DNA of 64,000 bases from an uncultured Planctomycetaceae bacterium (GTDB lineage: Bacteria; Planctomycetota; Planctomycetia; Pirellulales; Thermoguttaceae), in the NCBI GenBank assembly GCA_964444795.1, contig CAYUIQ010000010.1:8047-72046 (forward strand), in the 5' to 3' direction. Position 1 is the stretch's first letter; each line of letters opens with the position of its first letter. The notes beneath the pieces were generated by a model that did no database searches, was not told the DNA's origin, and worked only from the letters and a program-made list of their open reading frames with translations. This document shows, piece after piece, positions 22,754-30,841 of this stretch. Made by a program: the position numbers and the translations under genes.

Positions 22754-23404
22754 ATGAGCAGTCGCGACGCCATCTTGCAGCGAATTCGTAATGCCTTGGC
22801 CGATGCGCCCCGGGTCGAGCCCCCGCCGGTCCCCGAGGTGTGGCCCCGAGAGAATTCGACCGTCGAGCAACGGCTCGATCGGTTCGCCCGGGAACTCGAA
22901 GCGGTCCAAGGCGAGGTGCATCGCTGTCGGGGGATGGCCGAAGCGCGTGAAGTGCTTGCCCGGTTGATGGACGAGTCGGCTTGGAGCACGATGGGGATAG
23001 TCGATCGGCCGGCATGTCGAGAGCTGGTTGCCGATCTGGCCGAGGACTGCCTCCACTTCCCCCAAGACGAGGGGGACGCCAAGGCGTTGGCCGAATTGCC
23101 GGTCAGCCTGGTCGCCGCGCGATGGCTGGTGGCCGACACGGGAACGTGCGTGGTCGAGTGCAATACCCCCCACGAGAGGTTAATGTGCTATTTGCCGCCA
23201 GCGTGTGTTATTATTTCACGGAAGGATCAGTTGGCCGAGCACCTGCCGGCCGTCTGGGATGAGATCGGGCGCGAGACGGCCGATCCCCAGCGGCGCGGCG
23301 AGTTTGTGTTGATTACCGGTCCCAGCCGAACGGCGGACATCGAGAAGATCCTGATTCTGGGCGTCCACGGCCCGAAGCGTCTGGTCGTGTTGCTGATAGA
23401 ATGA
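22754..23404 (+). CDS. lutC: L-lactate utilization protein LutC (LUD domain)
   Basis: Start MSSRDAILQRIRNAL...; C-terminal GPSRTADIEKILILGVHGP is typical of LutC/YkgG. ATG at 22754 is in frame within the longer track ORF. Confidence 0.85.
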   Translation: MSSRDAILQRIRNALADAPRVEPPPVPEVWPRENSTVEQRLDRFARELEAVQGEVHRCRGMAEAREVLARLMDESAWSTMGIVDRPACRELVADLAEDCLHFPQDEGDAKALAELPVSLVAARWLVADTGTCVVECNTPHERLMCYLPPACVIISRKDQLAEHLPAVWDEIGRETADPQRRGEFVLITGPSRTADIEKILILGVHGPKRLVVLLIE

Positions 23405-24927
23405 CGTTGCGAGGAACACCAAACATGGGGACCTTTCATCCCAAAACCGTCCTGGGGACCTGTCTTCTGGCCGCCATGCTGGCCATCGGCGTTTCGGTCG
23501 GCTGTGGCGAGAGCGAACCGTCGCTTGCCGAGGGCGAGTTTGTCGACGGGCAGAAGCACGGCTTGTGGAAGGAGTGGTTTCCCGACGGCACCCAGTACAG
23601 CGAAGGCACGTACAAAGAGGGCAAGGAAGAGGGGACCTGGCGCTGGTGGTATGAAACGGGAAAACTGCAGTCGGTCGTCGAGTATCGCAACGGCGAGCAA
23701 CACGGCGAGGAAATCGTCTACTATCGCAACGGGCAAATGCGAAAGAGGTCCTACTACGCCTTCGGAAAACGCCAAGGGCTCATGTCCGAATGGGACGACA
23801 AAGGTGTGCTGAAAAACGAGGTCGAGTATCAGGCCGGCCTGCCGATCCAATCCTATCCCGGCGGAAAGCCGGAGACCGTCCTGCAACTCATCGTCAATCT
23901 CAAGCTTGCCGAACTGTTGGGCCTCGATCGTGACCGCCTGGTCTCCGAAGTCCAGCGCATGGCGAGCGAGCAGGGATGCGGGTTTGAAGAGCGGCCGATG
24001 CAACTCGCCGTGACCGTGGAGAATCGCGAGCAGGCCCGGGGCATCGAAAACCATGAGTTTGCCGATACCGACGGCGAAATGATCGCGGTGAAGAAGTTCA
24101 GCGAGTTTCAGGAGGTTCGAGTTTCAAAACTCCCCTCGCCGCCAGAGAACGGGGACCGTCCGCGCCGCCCGGAAGATTCTCCGGCGCCGGCCCCCGGCGA
24201 CGGGTCCGAAAACGATCCCTCCGAAGAACCGACGGCCGAAGGGACTCCGGACGGCGACTCCGGAAGTAACGGGGGAAATGGTCTCTGGTCGAGTTCGCAT
24301 CCCGACGGAACGAAAGCCTCCGAAGGCATGCTCAAGGACGGCAAGGAACAAGGCCTCTGGCAAACCTGGCATCCCAACGGCCAACTGCAGTCGGAAAAAA
24401 ACTACTCCGGCGGCGTGCTGCACGGGAAGACGACCACCTGGTACGCCAACGGGAAGATGGAGCGGCAGGTCCATTACGAAAACGGACAGCGCCAAGGCAC
24501 CTCGTTGCTTTGGGATGAGCAAGGCGGACTCCTCATGGAACGAGAGTACCGCAACGGCGAACTCGTGGATGCTTACCGCGGCGGCCGCCCGAAAACGGTC
24601 GTGCAGGTCTCTGTCGAACTGGAATTTGCCGAACTGCTCGGTTTCGATCCGCAACAATTGACCGACGACCTCCGCCGATTCGCCGACGCTCACCCCGGTT
24701 GCTCCTTGCGGGCGGGTGAGAAGGAACTGGTCCTGACCGTGACCGACGGCCGGCAAGTCAAGGGAATCCTGGCACACGAAATCACCAACTCGGCCGGCAA
24801 GGCCTATCCTTTGGGAGAACTTGCCGAATCGGAGGAACGGCCTCTCGATGAAACGGAACCGCCGCCGGAATCTCCTTCGGAACCTCCGCCGGTTTCCGAG
24901 GATCCTGCCGCGGGCGACGGCGGATAA
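23401..24927 (+). CDS. MORN-variant (YwqK-family) repeat lipoprotein, internally duplicated
   Basis: Lipobox LAIGVSVGC. Two homologous halves each carry MORN-variant repeats (GLWKEWFPDGTQYSEGTYKEGKEEGTW / GLWQTWHPNGQLQSEKNYSGGVLHG) followed by a related ~90-aa module. ATG 23401 overlaps the lutC stop (ATGA); an alternative ATG is at 23425. Confidence 0.8.
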   Translation: MTLRGTPNMGTFHPKTVLGTCLLAAMLAIGVSVGCGESEPSLAEGEFVDGQKHGLWKEWFPDGTQYSEGTYKEGKEEGTWRWWYETGKLQSVVEYRNGEQHGEEIVYYRNGQMRKRSYYAFGKRQGLMSEWDDKGVLKNEVEYQAGLPIQSYPGGKPETVLQLIVNLKLAELLGLDRDRLVSEVQRMASEQGCGFEERPMQLAVTVENREQARGIENHEFADTDGEMIAVKKFSEFQEVRVSKLPSPPENGDRPRRPEDSPAPAPGDGSENDPSEEPTAEGTPDGDSGSNGGNGLWSSSHPDGTKASEGMLKDGKEQGLWQTWHPNGQLQSEKNYSGGVLHGKTTTWYANGKMERQVHYENGQRQGTSLLWDEQGGLLMEREYRNGELVDAYRGGRPKTVVQVSVELEFAELLGFDPQQLTDDLRRFADAHPGCSLRAGEKELVLTVTDGRQVKGILAHEITNSAGKAYPLGELAESEERPLDETEPPPESPSEPPPVSEDPAAGDGG

Positions 24928-24955
24928 GTGGATTCCACCACGCCGGGAACAGACC

Positions 24956-25162
24956 ATGGCGATCACCTGCCCCAAATGCGGCGCCGGATTCGACGTGACC
25001 TTGTTCCAGTTCGGTCATCGCATCCGATGCGATTGCGGCGCCGTCGTGGAACTGGAAAAGGGCCACGTGGCGCCCCACACCCCGCCGGCCGATCCCGTAC
25101 CACATGGGCGCGTGACACGCGATTCCACCAACGACTTCCACGGTCTTCCCACAACGCCGTAG
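24956..25162 (+). CDS. small zinc-ribbon protein (hypothetical)
   Basis: MAITCPKCGAGFDVTLFQFGHRIRCDCGAVVELE has a CxxC...CxC zinc-ribbon pattern. The SD is weak and the gene is short. Confidence 0.35.
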   Translation: MAITCPKCGAGFDVTLFQFGHRIRCDCGAVVELEKGHVAPHTPPADPVPHGRVTRDSTNDFHGLPTTP

Positions 25163-25211
25163 TACCGGAGGATTCCGAGATGACTCGATCTTCGACTATC
25201 GCAACGTGCCG

Positions 25212-26618
25212 CTACGAGGTCGATTCGATCATCGCCTCGATCGCCCCGCGGCAGTCGGCCTTGGGGAAGTCGAGCGAAGCGGTTCTCCCGCTCGGTGGGA
25301 GCATTTCACGGCAAGGGATGCTCTGGGGAGTGTGAACGAGCCGGATCGTGCCGTTGGCCGCGTCGTGGTTTTCCCCTTCGTCGGCAGCCCCATCGTCCAG
25401 CCGATCGGTCTTGCTGATGACCGTGATGCCCCGGTCGGTGACGGTCAGCCCCCGGGCACGGTCGCGCTGGGGGTCGAATCCGACCTCGAAACCGGCTGGA
25501 ATACGAATCCCCTTGTCGATAATCGCACGGCGGACCTTGGCGTGCCGCCCGATGTCCACGCCCTCGAAGAGAATGGAGTCCTCGACGTGGGCGAAACTGT
25601 TGACCCGAGTTCCAGGCCCCAGAATGGAACGAATGGCGTACCCGCCGGAGACAATCGAGCCGGCGCAGACAATGCTATCCAAGGCCTGGCCGCGCCGGGC
25701 CAAGGGGCCCTCTTCGGCGAAGACGAATTTCGGCGGCGGGTAGCTGGGCTGATACGTTCGCACCGGCCAGTGGTCGTCGTAGAGGTTCAACTGGGGGTCC
25801 GTCGAAATCAGGTCCATGTTCGATTCGTAGTAAGCGTCCAGCGTGCCCACGTCGCGCCAGTAGGCCTCCCGCTTGCCGTTCTCGTCCATAAACGGATAAG
25901 CAAACACGCGATGCGACGAGATGACCGAGGGGATAATGTCGCGGCCGAAGTCGTGGGCGCTGTCGCGACGGTTGGCATCCAGGCAGAGTTGTTCCAAGAG
26001 AAAGCGGGTGTTGAAGACGTAGATACCCATTGAGGCCAGGGCATGCCGGGGATCGCCGGGCATCGGCCGCGGATGCGAAGGTTTCTCTTGGAATCCGACG
26101 ATTCGGCCCGCCGAGTCGACCTGCATGACTCCGAACTGACCGGCCGCCGCCACGTCGACGCGAAGCGCGCCGACGGTCAAATCGGCCCGACTGGCCACGT
26201 GATGCTCGACGAGCTTCAGGTAGTCCATCTTGTAGACGTGATCGCCGGCCAGGACGACCACATAACTGGGCCGGTCGCTTTCGATCGAGTAGATGTTCTG
26301 GTAGACGGCGTCGGCGGTGCCCTGATACCACTGCTCGCCGACGCGCTGTTGGGGCGGCACCAAATCGACGTATTCTCCCACTTCCCGGCATAGGTACCTG
26401 TGCCACCCCAGGTTGACGTGCCGGTCCAGGCTCATCGCCTTGTACTGGGTGAGCACGAGAATCTTGCGGAGGTGGCTATTGAGACAGTTGGAGAGCGTAA
26501 AATCGATAATTCGATACGCGCCGCCAAAGGGAACCGCCGGTTTCGCCCGATCCACGGTCAGCGGTTCCAGCCGCGAGCCTTTTCCGCCCGCCAGAATCAC
26601 GGCCAGCACGTCGTTCAT
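25212..26618 (-). CDS. glgC: glucose-1-phosphate adenylyltransferase (canonical bacterial-type paralog)
   Basis: MNDVLAVILAGGKGSRLEPLTVDRAKPAVPFGGAYRIIDFTLSNCLNS, QWYQGTADAV, and C-terminal beta-helix repeats. ATG at 26618. Confidence 0.9.
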   Translation of the reverse strand: MNDVLAVILAGGKGSRLEPLTVDRAKPAVPFGGAYRIIDFTLSNCLNSHLRKILVLTQYKAMSLDRHVNLGWHRYLCREVGEYVDLVPPQQRVGEQWYQGTADAVYQNIYSIESDRPSYVVVLAGDHVYKMDYLKLVEHHVASRADLTVGALRVDVAAAGQFGVMQVDSAGRIVGFQEKPSHPRPMPGDPRHALASMGIYVFNTRFLLEQLCLDANRRDSAHDFGRDIIPSVISSHRVFAYPFMDENGKREAYWRDVGTLDAYYESNMDLISTDPQLNLYDDHWPVRTYQPSYPPPKFVFAEEGPLARRGQALDSIVCAGSIVSGGYAIRSILGPGTRVNSFAHVEDSILFEGVDIGRHAKVRRAIIDKGIRIPAGFEVGFDPQRDRARGLTVTDRGITVISKTDRLDDGAADEGENHDAANGTIRLVHTPQSIPCREMLPPSGRTASLDFPKADCRGAIEAMIESTS

Positions 26619-26919
26619 GAGGATTCCTTCCTCGCGCCTACTCCGCACCGCACGACACGGAAGACGTGTCGATACTCCGGTTTGCGGAAAGGCTATCGCT
26701 TGGGTGGGCTGCGTCGTTTGCTTGGGGACATCAGCATGGGGTGGGCTTTTCTTGCTGATTCAAAACCATAGCACATGATCTTGCCCCAGGGCGCGAAACC
26801 CCCGGACCCAGAGGGCTTTTTCGCACAATGGCTTCACCCCGCACCGGGATATTCGTTGCAGAGCGGATAGATTCGCGCATTTTCAACGGGCCGGCGGACG
26901 AAGTCGCCCGGGGTCGACG

Positions 26920-29253
26920 TCAAAACTCCGCCACGACTGGCAGGCTCAGAACGTCGGGCTCCTTGGGGAGAAAGTAGGGGATCGTTACGCCTGTCATGAT
27001 GGCGTCTACCGGATCAAATGCCGGGGGAGTCGTTCCCTCCTCGGGTGCTTCCGCGACGGCCGGCGCCGAGACGGGGAATATACCCCGCCAGAGTTCGGCC
27101 GCGGGTTCGCCGGCGGACCACAGCGCGGCAAGTTCGCAGATCGTACCCGCCGCTGCCGGTTCGACCCGTTCCCGATAGTAGACCCCCAGCGAGAGCGGTT
27201 GATTGTCGGCCACTTCGATCTTGTTGGCCGCCAGAAGCTCGGTCAATCGCTGTGCGACGCGCTGTTTGACCTCACTGCCGGCGAGATCGGCCGGGCCGAT
27301 GACCTCGACCTTCAGGCTGACGCTGTCACCCGGCCGGAGCACCACTTCGGCGTCCGACTCCATAACCTCGATCGCCGCGAGGATCCCTTCCATGGGGACC
27401 TCGGCCGGAGCCAGACATGCACCGTCGGGGGTTGCGTCCCCGACACAGACGGCCATGGGGGCAATGAACCGAGGTGTGCCGCCGATCGCATTGTCGCCGC
27501 TGCGCAGCCAGACGACCCGTTTCGTCTCGCGGTCGACGATTTGCCGGCCGCATACCAGCCAGCCGCTTGCCTCGGGAGTCCATTGGAGTTGCGCTTCCTC
27601 GGAGCCGTCGCCCGGAAGAGGAGTGTCGAAGACCTGATCGAAGACGACCTCCAGGTCCTTTCCCTGCCCGCCCCAGCAGACGATGCGGTGGGTATCCTTG
27701 ACCGGGATCAGGACCGCCAGTTCCTTCCCGTCGGGTGAGTACGCGGCTCCTCGGCAGTTCAAGAAAGGCGCTCGAGAGCGGCCCTCGGGCATCGGCATCG
27801 GTCCCACTTCCTTGCCTTGCCCCAAATCGTAGACCATTACTTGCGTCGAATCGACGGCGGCGAGGTGCTTGCCGTCGGGTGAAATCGCGACCGTGTGGCG
27901 GTCGAATTCCTCGCTCTGAAAACTCTCGTCGAGTTCGCCCGTTTCGATATCCCAGACCGTCACCGTGGGCGCGACCCCCTGCCTCCCGGCGCAGAGCAGC
28001 CGGTCGGAACCGAGGAACCGCATGAAGAACATGCGTAACGGCACCGGGCGTCCCGAGGCGCCCTTGGCGGAGAGTTCCAGTGTTTTGAGCAACTCCCCTT
28101 CTTCGCAGTCGATGATATCCACCAGCGACTCCGTGGATACCGCGCCGCTGACCGCTCTGGTTTTCTTCAGATAGGCCACGGCAAACAGCAATCCGTCGGC
28201 GCTCAACGCGCGGTGCGTGGGCTCGAATTCTCCCTGCCCTTCGATCTTGCCCACCTTCTCGCCGGTGGCCAGATCAAAGACGGCACTGCCCACGGCCACG
28301 AACTCACTCAGGCCGGCAACCGACGTACGGGAACGGGAGGAAGTACCGGGTCGGGTAACGGTGGTTCGCGATCCGCGCCGCGAAGTCCCCGATCCGGGTG
28401 CGTACACGATCGGCACATCGGCGGATGTTAGGGCGATAGGATCGCTCCACTGGGGCAGAGGTGACTCTCCGGGCGTTGGCCCCACCGGTGGCTTCTCGGC
28501 CGGCGTGCCGGAGCCGGGCGTGGCCGGAGTCTCGCCGGGAGTCGTAGCCGGAGTTCCCGGCGTGGTGGTGTCCTCCGGAGGCGTCGTCTCTTCGCCCGGT
28601 TTGGCCGGCTCTCCATTGTCGGTCGGCGGCGTGTTCTCGCCCTCGCTCTCTTTCGGCCCCGGCTCTTCCTCACCTGGGGCAGGCTGCTGGGGATTGGGGG
28701 CAGGCTTTTGTGGCTGCCCCCCCGCAACCGGTGACCGCCGCGTCGGTTTCTTCTCCCCCCCGAAATAGAGAAAGTAGATCGCCGCCACCACGACCAACAG
28801 GCCGACCGTTGGGATCGTGATTTGCGCCCATCGGGGCCACTCCTTCCAGTTCCGCCAAGCGGCGACCTTGTCGGAGGATTCTTCCTCTTCCTCTTCTTCC
28901 TCCTCTTGGGTTTCCTCCTCTTCCTCCTTGAAACCGAAGTCGTCTTCCGGCTCCGGCGCGTAGCGGCTCCTCTTCTTCGGTTTCTCGTCGGGGAGATCGA
29001 CGTCCTCGGTCGTGACGGGAATCGACATCTCGGCCACCGGCCCGTCGTCGTCGGCCATGCCGAACAGGTCGTCGTCCACGGCGGGCGTCGGGCTCGGAGC
29101 CGGTTTCTCGGCGGCCGGTTTCTCGGCGGCCGGTTTCTCGGCGGCGGGGATCGTCAGCGGTTCCTTGCAGACGGGGCATTTGACCTGTTTCCCGGCCAGG
29201 GCATCCTTGGCATTGAACTTCTGGCCACACTTGCAGGTGACGTTGATCGGCAT
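26920..29253 (-). CDS. zinc-ribbon / Pro-Glu-rich / single-TM / beta-propeller-like membrane protein
   Basis: The N-terminus VTCKCGQKFNAKDALAGKQVKCPVCKEPL is a zinc ribbon. It is followed by (AAEKP)x3, an acidic run EEEEETQEEEEEEEES, a TM helix ITIPTVGLLVVVAAIYFLYF, a Pro/Thr-rich linker, and a ~450-aa strand-rich region with WD40/PQQ-like periodicity. Confidence 0.75.
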   Translation of the reverse strand: MPINVTCKCGQKFNAKDALAGKQVKCPVCKEPLTIPAAEKPAAEKPAAEKPAPSPTPAVDDDLFGMADDDGPVAEMSIPVTTEDVDLPDEKPKKRSRYAPEPEDDFGFKEEEEETQEEEEEEEEESSDKVAAWRNWKEWPRWAQITIPTVGLLVVVAAIYFLYFGGEKKPTRRSPVAGGQPQKPAPNPQQPAPGEEEPGPKESEGENTPPTDNGEPAKPGEETTPPEDTTTPGTPATTPGETPATPGSGTPAEKPPVGPTPGESPLPQWSDPIALTSADVPIVYAPGSGTSRRGSRTTVTRPGTSSRSRTSVAGLSEFVAVGSAVFDLATGEKVGKIEGQGEFEPTHRALSADGLLFAVAYLKKTRAVSGAVSTESLVDIIDCEEGELLKTLELSAKGASGRPVPLRMFFMRFLGSDRLLCAGRQGVAPTVTVWDIETGELDESFQSEEFDRHTVAISPDGKHLAAVDSTQVMVYDLGQGKEVGPMPMPEGRSRAPFLNCRGAAYSPDGKELAVLIPVKDTHRIVCWGGQGKDLEVVFDQVFDTPLPGDGSEEAQLQWTPEASGWLVCGRQIVDRETKRVVWLRSGDNAIGGTPRFIAPMAVCVGDATPDGACLAPAEVPMEGILAAIEVMESDAEVVLRPGDSVSLKVEVIGPADLAGSEVKQRVAQRLTELLAANKIEVADNQPLSLGVYYRERVEPAAAGTICELAALWSAGEPAAELWRGIFPVSAPAVAEAPEEGTTPPAFDPVDAIMTGVTIPYFLPKEPDVLSLPVVAEF

Positions 29254-29370
29254 GCCTCGACCTCTTTTTCGGGACAGAACGTCGGAGGATCAGTGCGCCG
29301 ACGCCGCCGGGGGAACGACCGGCGACGGCGTAGCGACTGGATTGGATTTGCAGCGCACGCTATTGTCGAC

Positions 29371-30015
29371 CTAATCCGTTTCTGTGTCAACCTTTTGGGC
29401 CCCCCTCCGGTCGACAACTCGCATCAGGTACACCAGGCCCACGAAATCATAGACCGCATGGGCGGTCACCGGCACCAGCAGATTGCCGCCGGTAGTCATC
29501 CACAGCCAGCCGAGGTAGCCCCCGATCAGCGTGGCCAGAATGCCGTACGTCGGGGTGACGAGGTGGACCAGCCCGAAAATCAGGCTGGCCGCCACCAGAC
29601 CGACCCAGGGACCGGCCGGACCGCCGACCGATCCGGCGGCGACCTCTTGGAGGATCGCGCGAAAGAGCATCTCCTCGCCCACGCCGGCCGCGATGGCAAT
29701 CGCCGCGAGTTCCAGCACCGTGCATCCGCGAAGCAGCGGAACGATCAACTCGCGAACCACCCGCAACAGCCGTCGAAACGGCTTCCAAGGACTATGGACG
29801 CACCCGAAGAAGAGCACCAGCAACGGCAGCGCGGCCAAGGCACCCAATCCAAGGGCCGCAAACGACGGCGGAATCCGGCCCGCCGGGGGAAGTCCAAACG
29901 CCCAACCCAACAGCAGCGCCACGACGCCAAGACTTCCCTCAAACGTAACGGCCCCCAGCGCCACAAGCCGTGGCGTGACCGGCATCGGTGCGTCAGGCGG
30001 CCGGGAATTGTCCAT
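29371..30015 (-). CDS. CPBP-family intramembrane glutamic endopeptidase (CAAX protease-like)
   Basis: Motifs GEEMLFRAIL (EExxxR), FGLVHL and HAVYDF in a polytopic membrane protein. ATG at 30015 avoids overlap with the upstream DoxX gene. Confidence 0.8.
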   Translation of the reverse strand: MDNSRPPDAPMPVTPRLVALGAVTFEGSLGVVALLLGWAFGLPPAGRIPPSFAALGLGALAALPLLVLFFGCVHSPWKPFRRLLRVVRELIVPLLRGCTVLELAAIAIAAGVGEEMLFRAILQEVAAGSVGGPAGPWVGLVAASLIFGLVHLVTPTYGILATLIGGYLGWLWMTTGGNLLVPVTAHAVYDFVGLVYLMRVVDRRGAQKVDTETD

Positions 30016-30023
30016 CGACTTGC

Positions 30024-30455
30024 TCAATACCCGTCGATGGGAGTCCGCCGCAGAAACGGATCGATGCTCAGCGGTCCGGCTCCGTAGGCCACGATCATCA
30101 ACAGCCCGCCCATGATGCTGACATTCCTCATGCAATTGATCGTTTCGACAAACCGCTCGGCGTATTCCGAAACGTTCCAGAAATCATGGAACAGGAACGT
30201 GGCGGCGGCCAGAAAGACGATCAGGCCGATGGCCCCCCAGCGTGCGCGAAAGCCGGTGAGGATCGAAAGTCCGCCACCGAACAAGGCGACCAGTGCCAAC
30301 GCCAGCAGCACGTGGGGAACGGGCAGCCCCTTGCCTTCGATGAGGTCGATGCCGGCCTGCCAGTTCATGACGTGGTGGACCCCGCTGCCAATGAAAAGGG
30401 CGCTGATCAGAATTCGCCCCACGAGTGCAACAATATGTTGAGTCAGGTAACGCAT
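30024..30455 (-). CDS. DoxX-family membrane protein
   Basis: 143 aa starting at ATG 30455, four TM helices. GRILISALFIGSGVHHV...FHDFW is typical of DoxX. Confidence 0.85.
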   Translation of the reverse strand: MRYLTQHIVALVGRILISALFIGSGVHHVMNWQAGIDLIEGKGLPVPHVLLALALVALFGGGLSILTGFRARWGAIGLIVFLAAATFLFHDFWNVSEYAERFVETINCMRNVSIMGGLLMIVAYGAGPLSIDPFLRRTPIDGY

Positions 30456-30841
30456 GGATCGGTTCCTCTCCTCTCGGTTGGAGGCAACAATGAAGTTCGG
30501 TACTAGTCTACCCCAATGGCCAGGGGTTTCCACCACCGGAGGCCCGATCTGCGTGAAGCTGGGATGCGATACCCACCCACCAGGGGCATCCTTGACGGTC
30601 AATCCTCCCCCTGATAAACTGGCGCGTTTCATTTTGGACGAAATGGGCTGTCTCTGTCGAAGGCGTCCCGACAGCGGCGATTCTCGATGAACCCCGCGGT
30701 CCATGGATTCGCCTCGACCGATACTGAGGCTGGCTTTCTCGCCCCCCTATAATGGGGATGCCTCCCGATACACAACGAAACCGATTTCTTACTCTCCCCC
30801 TGTTTTGACCCATCCGTTTGGAGGTCACGAAGGAACAAGCC

